From: the human T2T-CHM13v2.0 reference genome, Homo sapiens
NCBI RefSeq assembly: GCF_009914755.1
Contig: NC_060925.1
Reading direction: 5' to 3' (one strand)
Length of the DNA stretch: 64,000 nt
This document shows positions 14,442-27,930 of the stretch, piece by piece. The first letter of the stretch is position 1. Every line of letters begins with the position of its first letter. The position numbers and the translations under genes were made by a program. The notes beneath the pieces were generated by a model. That model was not told the origin of the DNA and ran no database searches. It saw only the letters and a program-made list of their open reading frames with translations.

Positions 14442-15300
14442 TACATGCAAAAAAATGAAATCGGACTCTTATCTCACAACATATATGCAGATTATCTTAC
14501 AATTATTAAAAACTAAATTGTAAGACTAGAAACCGTAAAACTCAGAAAAAAACATGAAAAAAGCTCTTTGACATTGATCTCGCAATGATCTTTTTGGGGA
14601 TATGACAAGAAAAGCATAGGCAACAAAGGCAGAAACAAACAAGTGGGATTACATCTAAATAAAAAATCTTCTATAGAGCAAATGAAAAAAATCAATAGAG
14701 TAAAAAAGCGACTTGTGGAAAGGAAAAAAATGCAAACCATATGTTTAATAAGGAGTTAATATATGCAAGGAACTCATACAACTCAATACCAAAAAAGGAA
14801 AGAAAAATAAAAAGAAAGCACAATCTGATTTTAAAATGAGCAAAGGACTTGGAGAGATATTTTGATAAATAAAACATGTAAATGGATAACAGATCTATGA
14901 AAAGATCCTAAAGATTCCTAATAATCAGGGAAATGCAAATCAAAACCACCATGACATAGCAACTCACACCCATTAGGATGGCTATTATATATGAAAAAAG
15001 ATAACAAGTGTTGGTGAAAATGTGAATAAAAGGGAACCCTTGTATGCTGTCAGAGAGAATATAACCTGGTATAGCTTTTAGGAAAACCAGTACAGGTGGT
15101 CCATACCCCCTAAAATTAAATATAGAACTACATTTAATAAAAATTAAATATAGAACTACATTTAATAAAAATTAAATATAGAACTATATTCTATAGAATT
15201 ATAGAATATATGTGACCCAGCAATTCCATTTCCAGGAATACATGCAAAATACATGACATCAGTATGTGGAAGAGATATCTGCACTCCATGTTCACACATG
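14442..15300 (+). mobile_element. Old L1 (L1MA/L1MB-like) ORF2 3' fragment
   Basis: AATCAGGGAAATGCAAATCAAAACCAC, GACCCAGCAATTCCATTTC and GATATCTGCACTCCATGTTCA motifs. Confidence 0.85.
15112..15186. repeat. 28-bp minisatellite (~2.7 copies) inside an L1
   Basis: Unit AAAATTAAATATAGAACTACATTTAATA starting at 15112, 15140 and 15168. Confidence 0.9.
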
Positions 15301-18300
15301 TTACAAACAGAAAAATATTGTTGGAGTCTACTTTTTAAAATATAATAATATCTACCTAAGATTATAACTAAATGTTTACCTTTGAAATTCAAGATTTCTC
15401 ATTTAATATAGGATTATTAGGTGACACCTAAACAGAGATTTAAAATCATGCATATCTTTTCTAAAATTGTGTGAAATTTATCAAGTGATAAATACATGAA
15501 TAATACCAAACATGTACATTACTTTGATGATAATTAATGGTTTTAAATTATTTATCGGTGGTTATTTTAATGGCTCAATCATCAAGAAAGAGCAAGAACA
15601 ATAGGTAAGCACATTAAGAATACTAAAATCTGTTTATTTTCTATTTTTTTCTATTTTGTAAACACATAAAAAGTACTATGCTTCAGGAACAACTCTACAT
15701 AAATTGTCTGTATGCTAACTTTGTTAAGATGCTTGAATTAATATTTACATTTGATTGAAGAAGAAACTGAAACAGGTTAAGTGGCAATGCTTTATAGTAG
15801 TTATGAATAGAGATTTTTAACTATACTTGTTGCAAATTAAACTTGTTTTTAATTAATTATTTTCTTAAACAAAACTGATTTATCTATTTCACAGCCTGAA
15901 TAAAGCCAATAGTAAAATTAGGATTATTACAGCTTTAAAACTGAACAAGATCATGTGTATAATTTGCTATTTTCTGAATCTGTGTTTACAATTCTTATTA
16001 AACCTATTAGAGTAGAGAAAGAACTTTTCCATAAACTAGAAAATGGAGAATAGATTTTGTTTATCGCTTGGTTTATGGCATGGCTATGAATAAGTTTAGT
16101 TCCAAATTCTTTTACCTCTATAATATATTACTTTTTAAAATCTCCATGTGTATTATTGGTTCCATTTTCTGATAAGATAATATATAAAGTTAATCTAAAT
16201 TAACCCAGTTTCCTTATATTTTTTTCAAAAGTGCAAATAAGATATAATAATGAATTTAGACATATTAGAGGTATGTATCTATACACAGTAATAGAAGAGG
16301 ATAGGGAAATGAGTTTTACATTTCTCCTTTTAAATAAATTCCAGCTTCAACATTTTGTATTCTATAACTAATTTTTCTTTTCCATCTCCTTTCAATTTTT
16401 TTCTGTGCCTTAAATATTATTACTTAACATTTGATGTGAAAAATGTATCCTTCTAATGAAATATTTATCTTATTTGTAACAAACTACAAGCATTGTTCTT
16501 TTCATTAGATGCTGGAGTTCTTAATAACATTCTAAGGACAGAAGCTTGTGCTCTGGTTGAATTTTGCAACATCCTTCAGAATTCTTAAATATTCGATTTA
16601 TTCCAGTATCAAATACTCTCCTTTGTGCAGAACATTCTTTTATGAATTATTACTTGATTTCATGTTACATGTCCTGTAATATATATTTTATAGCTATATG
16701 ATTTATGCCAATCATACTTCACCAACTACTTCATATATTGCCCATGCAATCTGTTTTTCTTATTGTTTCATAATGAATTGTCTTGCACCTTGGTAAGTAC
16801 ATATCAAGATTATTCTCCATGAGGTAAAATATTTTTTCTATAAAACCAACAAAAAATAAGGAAACAATCACTAATTATTTTGTTTGTGGATATTTTACAT
16901 TTTATATATAAATATGATTCCTACAAATTTTCTCTAGTTATTCTCCCATATTACATACTTTCTGGGTGTTATATATCATTTATATTTTCATACCACTTAT
17001 GTTTGCATATTATCACTCCAGTGAAGGCCAAATTATTAACAATACAAGCAGTTTGGCATTTCATGTGCTCTACTGCATTTTACAAAATAATTATACTACC
17101 CTAAATGTCTTAAAGTGAGACATAGTATGTTTTTATTTCCTCTAGGAAATTTGTTGAGATACATTTTTAATCTTGTTATTCATAGTTGTATTTTCAACAC
17201 TTACAATTGACTTTCTATGAAATAGCACAATCTGTACCATAGCAAAACTTCCTGATAATGTTCTTTAAATGTTTGTAACATAAGATAACATTAGTATCCT
17301 ACAGAAGAGTAGATTTTAAAAAGTCTCAAAGGACAATGAAGGTAGATATTGTATTTCCAAAAGTATCACATGGATGCCAAACTCTTTATACATTATGTGA
17401 AAAATCAACAGTGTAATACAAATATGTTTTTGAGTCATTTTCAGCTAGAATAAATGAATTCAATAGACTGAGGCTTTAACGACAATTTGTGCCAATAAAA
17501 ATCAATTTTTATCTTTTACAGTCAGTAAATAAGAATATGGAACATTTTTCATTAATATGGTGAAGTAAATGTTCTTTTTTGTCCAATTTTTTTCTCTCAG
17601 AAAGCAGCAAAAATGTGACACAATAAAATGGAAAATAAAAAAATACAATATCTTAATGAAATTATGAGACATCTATAATTTTCAATCGTTAGAATAAAAT
17701 AAAAACATGCTGCAAATATATTGAAATTTGACTAAATTCAGAGAAATAAAAGGTTTAAATCTACATTTACATATTTGTAATGGCAAACAATAATTATGGA
17801 AAATAGGCAGCATAACCTGAAAGGATTCAATTATATTTTAATTAAGTTATGTATTTTATGTATTCATTTTCTCATGGAACAGCGATATTGGGGGGCATAA
17901 ATGACCATGAGAATGTCATGAAGTCTTGGTGAATATCAGAGAGTAGTAAAAGAGGAAAAACTCTTAAACAAAATGCTAACTCCAAAGTAATATTTCCCAA
18001 AGAGCTTTGAATTGTCTAAAATATGTCATTTGTTTCCCCGTCTGCTTCTTTCTACTTAATTCTAATTTCACCAGCAAATTATGTCACTTCTATTCCCTCT
18101 ATTTTTTTCTCTGGCCTACTGAATGATCAGCCCCCTTTTTCTAGGATTTTCTAAAGAAATCAGCACTCACCTTGTACAAAATTTCCCTCATATTACTTAA
18201 ATTATCTCAAGAACTCCTACTAGGATTTTCTTTAATTCTGAAGTTGATAAATGCAGTTACATCTATATTGTGAAATAAAACACACTGTTTTTCAACGAAG

Positions 18301-18756
18301 TTATAAAATAATTATATAAATTTTTTTTCATGTTGTCATCTACTGATGTACCACATTTAATTCAGCAATTTACTACCCTTATCTTTTCAAGGAAAACCTC
18401 ATAATTATGTTCCTGTAGCTTAAGAAGGGTCCATATATAGAACAAATTTTTGGAATACTTCAGTACCAAATTTTGCCTTATGAAAGTTTATTTTGTGGAC
18501 TCACATAAAAAATGAAAATAGATAATGCTATTAATAAACATTTCATATGTTGTAGAGTGAATCTCTTACCTGAAGATAAATCTGCTGAAGTGGTTACCCC
18601 AAAAAAACTGTTCTTACAATGCTACAAGATTATAGTAGGGAATGTTGTATAGATGTTAAGGAAAATAATTTAGCAGATTTTTATGCTAAAAAAGTGTTAT
18701 TCAACTTATACAAGAATCTCTTGCAGAGCAGATAGAGGAGTCCATGAAGACATATG

Positions 18757-19278
18757 TCAGAAAATAACGAATGCTGCTGAGATTGTGGAGAAAAAGGAAC
18801 ACTTATACAGTGTTGGTAGGAGTGTAAATTAGTTCAATCATTGTGGAAGACAGTGTGGCAATTTTTCAAAGATCTAAAAATAGAAATACCATTTGACCCA
18901 ACAATCCCATTACTGTGTATATACCCAAAGGAATACAACTCATTCTATTAGACCTGGAGGCCATTATCCTTAGTAAACTAACACAGGAACAGAAAACCAA
19001 ATACTGCATGTTCTTACTTATAAGTGTGAGCTAAATTATGATAATACAGGGACACATAGAAAGGAACAACACACACTGGGGCCTACTGAAGGGTGAATGG
19101 GGGAGGAGGGAGAGGATCAGGAAAAATAACGAGTGGATATTAGGCTTAATGCCTGGGTGATAAAATAATCTGTACAACAAACCCCTATAACACACACTTT
19201 CCCATGGAACAAAACTGCACATTCTGCTTATGTACATTCTGCACATGTACCCATAAACTTAAATAAAAGTTAAAAAAT
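18757..19278 (+). mobile_element. L1PA13-like 3' end with an internal deletion at ~18950
   Basis: ORF2-end motifs jump from CATTCTATTA to GACCTGGAGGCCATTATCC; 3'UTR GAGAGGATCAGGAAAAATAAC...AACTTAAATAAAAGTTAAAAAA. Confidence 0.88.
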
Positions 19279-19773
19279 AGATTTCATCATAGATAAATAA
19301 AATTTGGCCTACCATATTATAAAGAAATTTTAAAAAATAAAACAATAAGACTGTAAGAGCCAAGAGTCTATGATTTGATGATGCCAGGATAGCCATCTTG
19401 TAAATGGATATTTGCCAAAGTGGTTCATGGGACCACCAATCATAGTAGGGAAAAACTAGGAATAATCTATACAAAAGGTTTCATTTGATAGCAGAGGATA
19501 TGGCCTGATAGTGGCTCACTTGAATAAATATTTTGCTGATATAATATAAATACCAATTTTGAGTGTAATATACTTTTGTGATTAAACACAATATTCTTAT
19601 TAATCTATGGAACCTGGAGAGCAGAAATATACTTGAAATGGAAAATGAAGCATGCATAATTTGTAATTATGCCTAAACAAACTACAATGTCTACCAAAGA
19701 AACAGAAGCCATAGCTGTCAAAATTTACAAACATGTATACACAATTTATAAATCTGTTAAAGTAATTAAACTA

Positions 19774-20180
19774 TATATTAGGCTGTTCTCACACTGCTGT
19801 CAAGAAATACCTGAGATCAGGTAATTTATAGAGAAAAGAGGTTTAATTGGCTTACCGTTCTGCAGGCTGTACAGGAAGCATAGTGGCATCAGCTTCTGGG
19901 GAGGCCTCAGGGAACTTACAGTCATGATGGAAGGAAAGGGGGCATGAGGCATTTCACATGGCCAGAGCAGGAGGAAGTGGGTGGGGAGGTGCTACACACT
20001 TTATAACGACCAGATCTCATGAGAACCCTATCACAAGAAAAGCACCAAAGGGGTGGTGCTAAACCATTCATAAAGGATCCACTCCTATGATCCAAATATC
20101 TCCCACCAGCCCCACCTCCAACGTTGGTGATTACAATTGAACATGAGATTTGGGTAGAGATACAGATCCAAACCATATAA
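19774..20180 (-). mobile_element. MSTA-like MaLR solo LTR
   Basis: Antisense LTR ends (TATATTAGG...GATCCAAACCATATAA); perfect 5-bp TSD AACTA at 19769-19773 and 20181-20185. Confidence 0.92.
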
Positions 20181-22119
20181 AACTACAAATTTTTTTGATT
20201 AAGCAGCATTGAATATAAAATAGAAAAAATGAATACAGCATGTCAGTTTATGCTTTCTTTATTTTTTTCTTCCTGTCATATGTCAAAGTTTAGAGCACCA
20301 AGTAGGCTCTTGGGGTTCCTAATTCTGGGACTTAACTCTTGGATGGCATTTCTGAACCTGCCCTGTCCCCGAGGGAGTGGGAAGGACTGTATCATTTGGT
20401 TTAAGTGTCAGATTAGCTGCAATGAAATAGGATACCAGATAGACTTCTAAAGTTTTTGACCCTAGTCCCTGAATCCCAGACAGCACTTCTGCAACCACCT
20501 GGGACTTGGAGGACCTCACTGCCATGAAGGGAAGGACACAGGCCTCACTTGATTTGCCATTTGCTGATTTTAGAGCCCTAGGGCCTTGAGTAAACACAGA
20601 CAGTGGCAAGGAGTGGTTATAGCAAGACTTGGTGAAGATCCAGCACTGTGCTAGCTTCAGGTCTGACCAAGCATAGTCATAGTGGTGGTGGTCACAGGGG
20701 TGCTTGTGTCATTCCATCCCCAGCACTAGGTGCCTCAGAACAGGGAGACAGACTACATTTGTTTGAAAGAAAATAAAGAAAGTGAACAAGAGTCTCTGCC
20801 TAGTAATCCAGAGAATTCTCCTGGATCTTGTCCAAGACCATCAAGGCAATACCTCTATGAGTCTGCAAGAACTACAGTGTTACAGGGCTTGGGGTACCTC
20901 CTAAAGTAGAAACAGCTTAGGTCACAACATTCAACTTCTTTCAAATATATGGAACGTTTCCCCAAGAAGGACAGCTAAAAATAAGTCTAGACAGACTACA
21001 AAAAAAATACCTCTCTTCAATGCCCAGACACCAAAGAACACCTACCAGCATCAACGCCCTCCAGGAAAACATGACCTCACCAAATGAACTAGACAAGGCA
21101 ACAGAAGCGAATTTTGGAGAAACAAACCTTTCAGGAAGAGAATTCAAAATAGCTGTTTTGTTTTGTTGAACTCAAAGAAATTCAAGATAACACAGAGAAA
21201 ATATTCAGAATTCATTCAGAAAAATTTAACAAAGGGACTGAAATAATTTAAAAAAATTCTGGAGCTGAAAAATGTAATTGACATATGGAAGAATGCATCA
21301 GAATCCTTTAATAGTGGAATGAATTAAGCAGAAGAGAAAAATTAGTGAACTTGAAGACAGAGTATTTAAACATACACAGTCAGAGGAGACAAAAAAAGAA
21401 TAAAAAACAAAAAGGCATGCCTACAGGACGCCAAAAATAGCTTCACAAAGGCAAATCTAAGAGTTTTTGACCTTAAAGAAAAGGTAGAGAAAGGGATAAG
21501 GGTAGAAAATTTATTCAAAGGCATAATAACGGAGAACTTTACAAACCTAGAGAAAGACTTCAATATACAAGTAGAAGAAGGTTATAGAACATCAAACAGA
21601 TTCATCCCAAAGAAGACTAACCCAAGGCACTTAACAGTCAAACTCCCAAAGATCAAAGATAAAGATAAGATCCTAAAAGCAGCAAGAGAAAAGAAATAAA
21701 TAACACACAATGGAGCTCCAATATATCTGACAACAGACTTATTTGAAATCTTATAAGCCAGGAAAGAGTGGTATGACATTTAAAGTACTGAAGAAAAAAC
21801 AATTCTACCCTGGAATACTATATCTGATGAAAATACGCTTCAAACATGAAAGAGAAATAAAGATTTTTTCAGACAAACAAAAGCTGAGGGATTTAATCAA
21901 TACCAGACCTGTTATATAAGAAATGCTAAAGGGAGCACTTCAATCAGAAAGAGAAGGATATTAATGAGCAATAAATAATCACCTGAAGGTACAAAATTCA
22001 CTGGTAATAGTAAGTACACAGAAAAACACAGAATATTATAACTATAACCATGGTGTGTTAACTATTCTTATCCTAAGTAGAAAGACAAAATGATGAACTG
22101 ATCAAAAATAATAACTACA

Positions 22120-22462
22120 GGCTGGGTGCAGTAGCCCATGCCTGTAATCCCAGCACTTTGGGAGGCTGAGGTGGGAAGATCACTGGAGTTCAGGAGTTCA
22201 AGGAGGTGGGTAGATCACTGGAGTTCAGGAGTTCAAGACCAGCCTGGCCAACATAGTGAAATCCCATCTCTACCAAAAATACAAAAGTTAGCCAGGTGTG
22301 GTGGGGGGTACCTGTAATCCCAGCTACTTGGGAGCCTAAGGAGGAGAATTGCCTGAACTGGGAGGCAGAGGCTTCAGTGAGCCAAGATTGTGCCACTGCA
22401 CTCTAGCCCAGGCAACAAGAGCGAGATTCCATCTCAAAAATAAAAAATAATAAAAACAAATA
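22120..22462 (+). mobile_element. AluS (Sq/Sx-like) with an internal 35-bp tandem duplication
   Basis: GGCTGGGTGCAGTAGCCCATGCCTGTAATCC start; GGCAACAAGAGCGAGATTCC; degraded TSD AATAATAACTACA / AATAATACCTATA. Confidence 0.93.
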
Positions 22463-25400
22463 ATAATACCTATAACAACTTTTCAAGACACAATCAGTAC
22501 AATGAAATATAAATAGAAATAACAAAAAGTTAAAAAGTGAAGGTAAAAAGTTAAGGAGTAGAGTTTTTATTAGATTTATTTTTGCTTGTTTGTTTTCTTG
22601 TTTGTGCAAATAGTCTTGTTATTAGGATAAAATAATTGGTAATAACACAACATTTGCAAGCCTTATTTTAACCTCAAACCATAAAATATATGATGGACAC
22701 ACAACGCACACACAAACAAAGCAGGAATGTAAATTATATCATCGCCAAAATCATCTTTACTAGAGGAAGACAGGAAAGAAAGAAATAAGAAAGAGAAGAC
22801 TACAAAAGAGCCAGAAAACAAGTAACAAGATGGCAGAAGCAAGTCTTTACTTATCAATTATAACACTGAATACAATGGACTAAATTTCCCTATCAAAAGA
22901 CACAGACTAGCTGAATGGATAAAAAACAAGACCCATTGAACTGTTTCCTGCAAGAAACACACTTCACCAATAGAGACACATAGACTAAAAATAAAGGAAT
23001 AGAAATAGATACTCCAAGACAATGAAAACCAAAAAATAGCAGGAGTTACAATACTTATATCAGACAAAATAGATTTCAAGACAAAGACCCTAAGAAGAGA
23101 CAAATAATATCACTGTATAATTATATATCATTCAATTCAGCAAGAGGGTATAACAATTTGAAATAAATATGCACCCAACACTGAGCACCCAGATTCATAA
23201 AGCAAATATTATTAGTGCTAAAGAGAGAAATAGGCCCCAATATAATAATATCTGGATATGTCAACACCCCACTTTCAGCATTGGACAGATCTTCCAGACA
23301 GAAAATCAACAAAGAAACATCACACTTAATTTGCACTATAGTCCTAGGGGTTCTAATAATTTTTTACAGAATACTTTATCCAAGAGCTGCAGAGTACACC
23401 TTTATTTACTCAGCACATGTATTGTTATCATGAAGAGTTTATATGTTAGGTCACAAAACAAGCCTTAAAATATTCAAAGAAAGCCAATTGAAATAATATC
23501 AAGCATCTTCTCTGACAACAATGGAATTCACTTGGAAATTAATAATGAGAGGAATTTTGTAAATTATACAAATGCATGGAAATTAAACAATATACTCCTC
23601 ACTGTCCAATGAGTCAATGAAGAAATCAAGAGGGAAATTAAAAAATTTATGAAACAAATAATAAAAACTCAATATACCAAAGCCTAAGGAATACAGCAAA
23701 AGTACTAAGAGTGAAGTTTATTATCATAAGTACACGAAAAAAAGAAAACACTACAAATAAACAATCCAATGATGTATGTTAAAGAATTAGAAAAGGAAAG
23801 GCAAACAGAACCCAAAATTAGTAAAATAAAAAAAAATTCAGAAAAGACATAAATGAAATTGAAATTAAAAACCCACTACAAAAGATCAATGTAACAAAAA
23901 GTTCTTTCTAAGATTAAACAAAATTGACAAACATTTAGCCTGAATCACTAAGAAAACAAAGAAGATCCAAATAAATAGAATGAGAAATTAAAAAGGAGAC
24001 ATTACAACTGCTACTGCAGAAATTCAAAGGATCATTAGTGGCTACTATGAGTAACTATATGTCAATAAATTGGAAAATCTAAAAGAATAAAAAAGAAAGA
24101 AATTCTCAGACACACAAAAATTTCCAAGGTTGAAGCAGGAAGAAATTCAAAATGTGAACAGACTAATAATAATGAGATCAAAGCAATAACACAGTCTCCC
24201 AGTAAAAGAAGCCTAGGATCCAATGGCATCAATGCTGAAATCTACCAAACATTTGAGAACTAATTCCAATCCTACTCAAACTATTAAAAAAAAAAAAAAA
24301 GGTGGAGGGGGAAATACTTTTAAAATCATCCTATGAGGCCAGTATTACCCTGATACCAAAATCAGACAAAGACAAATCAGAAAAAAAAAACTACAGGCCA
24401 ATATAAATAATGAATATTGATGCAAAAATCCTCAACAAAATATTAGCAAACCAAATTTAACAATATATTGGAAAGATCATTCATCATGACCAAGTGGAAT
24501 TTATCCCAGGAATGCAAGGATGGTTCAACATACACAATCAATCAATGCCATACATCATATCAACAGAATAAAGAATAAAAACCATATAGTTATTTTACTT
24601 AATGTTGAAAAAGCATTTGATAAAATTTAACATCTCTTCATGAGAAAAATCCTAAAGAAAAACTGGGTATAGAAGGAACATACTTCAGCATAATAAAATT
24701 CATATATGACAGACCCACAGCTAGTATCATACTGAATAAGGAAAAACTGAAAGCCTTTTCTCTAAGATATGGAACATAAAATGGATGCCACAGTGACCAC
24801 TGTTATTCAACACAGTACTGGAAGTTCTAGCTAGAGCAATGACAAAGAGAAAGATATAAAGGACATCTAGATTGTAAAGGAAGAAGTCAAATTTTCCTTG
24901 TTTGCAAATTATATATTTAGAAAAACCTAAAGAATTAATGAGAAAATGATTAGAACTGATAAACAAATTCAGAAAAGTTGTAAGATGCAAACTCAACATT
25001 CAAAAATCAGTAGCATTCTATATGCCAACATTGAACAATATGAAAAAGAAATTCAAAAAGTAATCCTAGTCGTTCTATTGTAAATAGTGCTGCAATAAAC
25101 ATATGTACATATGTGTGCATGTGTCTTTATAGTAGAATAATTTATAATCATTTGGGTATATACTCAGTAATGGGATTGCTGGGTCAAATGGTATTTCTGA
25201 TTCTAGATACTTGAGGAATCTCCACACTGTCTTCCACAATGGATGAACTAATTTACACCCCCAACAACAGTGTAAAAACGTTCCTATTTCTCCACATCCT
25301 CTCCAGCATCTGTTGTTTCCTGACTTTTTAATGATCGCCATTCTAACGGGCATGAGATGGTATGTCATTGTGGTTTTGATTTGCATTTCTCTAATGACCA

Positions 25401-25523
25401 GTGATGATACACTTTTTTTTCATATATTTGTTGGGCACATATATGTCTTCTTTTGAGAAGTGTCTGATTACATCCTTCGCCCACTTTTTGATGAGGCTGT
25501 TTGTTTTTTCCTTGTAATTTTGT

Positions 25524-25993
25524 TTATACTTTAAGTTCTGGGGTACATGTGCAGAACGTGCAGGTTTGTTACATAGGTGTACATGTGCCATGGTGGTTTG
25601 CTGCACCTATCAAACCATCATCTACATTAGATATTTCTCCTAATGCTCTCCCTCCCCTAGACCCCCAGTCCCCAACAGGCCCCAGTATGTGATGTTCCAC
25701 TCCCTGTGTCCATGTGTCCTCACTGTTCAACTCCCACTTATGAGAGAGAACATGCAGTGTTTGGTTTTCTGTTCCTGTATTAGGTTACTGAGAACGATGG
25801 TTTCCAGCTTCATCCATGTCCCTGCAAAGGACTAGAACTCATCCTTTTTATGGCTGCATAGTATTCCATGATGTATATGTGCCACATTTTCCTTATCCAG
25901 TCTATCATTGTCATTTACTTTCTTCACAGAATTAGAAAAAAACTACTTTAAATTTCATATGGAACCAACAAAGAGCCCGTTTGGCCAAAACAA
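25524..25993 (-). repeat. ~470-bp inverted duplication of 26579-27049 (spacer 585 bp)
   Basis: Reverse-complement match that includes the inversion junction and shared non-consensus bases (GGACTAGAACTC / GAGTTCTAGTCC; CCCCTAGACC / GGTCTAGGGG). Confidence 0.93.
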
Positions 25994-27049
25994 AGAGTTC
26001 TTTGTAGACTCTGGATATTAGCACTTTGTCAGACGGATAGATTGCAAAATTTTTCTCCCATTCTGTAGGTTGCCTGTTCACTCTGATGATAGTCTCTTTT
26101 GCTGTGCAGAAGCTCTTTAATTAGATACCATTTGTCAATTTTGGCTTTTGTTGCCATTGCTTTTGGTGTTTTAGTCATGAAGTCTTTGCCCATACTTATG
26201 ATCTGAATGGTATTACCTAGGTTTTCTTCTAGGGTTTTATGGTTTTAGGTCTTATGAAGGCTTTAATACATCTTGAGTTAATTTTTGTAAAAGGTGTAAG
26301 GAAGGGGTCCAGTTTCAGTTTTCTGCATATGGCTAGCCAATTTTTCCAATACCATTTATTAAATAGGGAACCATTCCCCCATTGCTTGTTTTTGTCAGGT
26401 TTCTCAAAGATCAGATGGTTGTAGAAGTGTGGTGTTATTTCTGAGGCCTCTGTTCTGTTCCATTGGTCTATGTATCTGCTTTGGTGGCAGCACCATGCTG
26501 TTTTTGTTACTGTAGCCTTGTAGTACAGTTTGAAGTCAGGTAGCATGATGCCTCCAGCTTTATTCTTTTTGCTTAGGATTGTTTTGGCCAAACGGGCTCT
26601 TTGTTGGTTCCATATGAAATTTAAAGTAGTTTTTTTTCTATTTCTGTGAAGAAAGTTAATGACAATGATAGACTGGATAAGGAAAATATGGCACATACAC
26701 ATCATGGAATACTATGTAGCCATACAAAGGATGAGTTCTAGTCCTTTGCAGGGACATGGATGAAGCTGGAAACCATCGTTTTCAGTAACCTAATACAGGA
26801 ACAGAAAACCAAACACTGCATGTTCTCTCTCATAAGTGGGAGTTGAACAGTGAGGACACATGGACACAGGGAGTGGAACATCACATATTAGGGCCTGTTG
26901 GGGACTGGAGGTCTAGGGGAGGGAGAGTATTAGGAGAAATATCTAATGTAGATGACGGTTTGATAGGTGCAGCAAACCACCATGGCATGTGTATACCTAT
27001 GTAACAAACCTGCACGTTCTGCACATGTACCCCAGAACTTAAAGTATAA

Positions 27050-27930
27050 CAAAATATATCTATATCTATGTACAAAAATTTCTGGGTGATCACCAAAAAT
27101 GTAATCAATAATGTTACTTTCCTTTGTTTCTCTGAATCCTCTTTCTCCTACAATGAAAGTGTATTTTTTTAAACCTTAAGAAATTCTTTTTGTACTATCT
27201 TTTCCTACCGATAGTTTATGTGCTACCAGTTAGGATCTTGGAAAACTACTCACATTAAAATCTTGTTTCCTGAGTTTTATTTCAAACTGTCCTGAATTTT
27301 TACTACAGTAATTTTTGCTAAAGGTTGTTCCTAGTAATCAGTTATTTACCTTTGGTAAACTTAATTTTAGGTGAAAACTATGCACAAAAAACCAATTGTC
27401 TTATGATTAGAACTTCAAGTTAGGAGGTGAGTAGTCTATGTAGCATAAGACAAATTATAACTCTTACCTTTAAATTTCCTCGTTTGACAAGAACTATCAA
27501 ATTCCTTTTTAAGAGTGTACACATATATGTTTTTAATTTGGAAATTCCATATTCAGTGAAAATTCAAATTTTAATTCCTATGGAAAATTTAAATTTTATT
27601 TACTGTGGAATGGCAAAGCTGAATTTATTTCACTATTATCTATCAAAAAGCGTGTAACATAAGATTTCAAATATGTTTAACCTGGTAAAAGTGAGAATAT
27701 ATTTCCATCAAGAGCACACCATCTAAAAAAACAGTATTGCTATCTAGTCATATGCATTTAATTTTCGCAGCCCCTAATTGTTCAGAATAAATGTAGCATT
27801 CACATAATATTATAGTCCATGAAAAGAGTATATTCTTTTACTGGTTTTGGTTCATACATGTTAAGTTTCAACTTTCAATAATAAAATTCAATAAATTTGA
27901 TTTCTTAATCATAAAAAATCAACAACAAAA
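27050..27930 (+). other. Putative L1 3'-transduced flank with its own polyA signals and A tail
   Basis: Non-L1 sequence between the L1 3' terminus and the 3' TSD; AATAAA at 27880-27885 and 27890-27895; A-rich tail at 27913-27930. Confidence 0.85.

Noticed and set aside
15112-15186. 28-bp repeats as a CRISPR-like array
   Set aside because: Head-to-tail units with no spacers, derived from L1 sequence, in eukaryotic DNA without cas genes.
19370-19520. Possible ERVL/MaLR internal remnant
   Set aside because: Similarity too weak to support without an HMM search.
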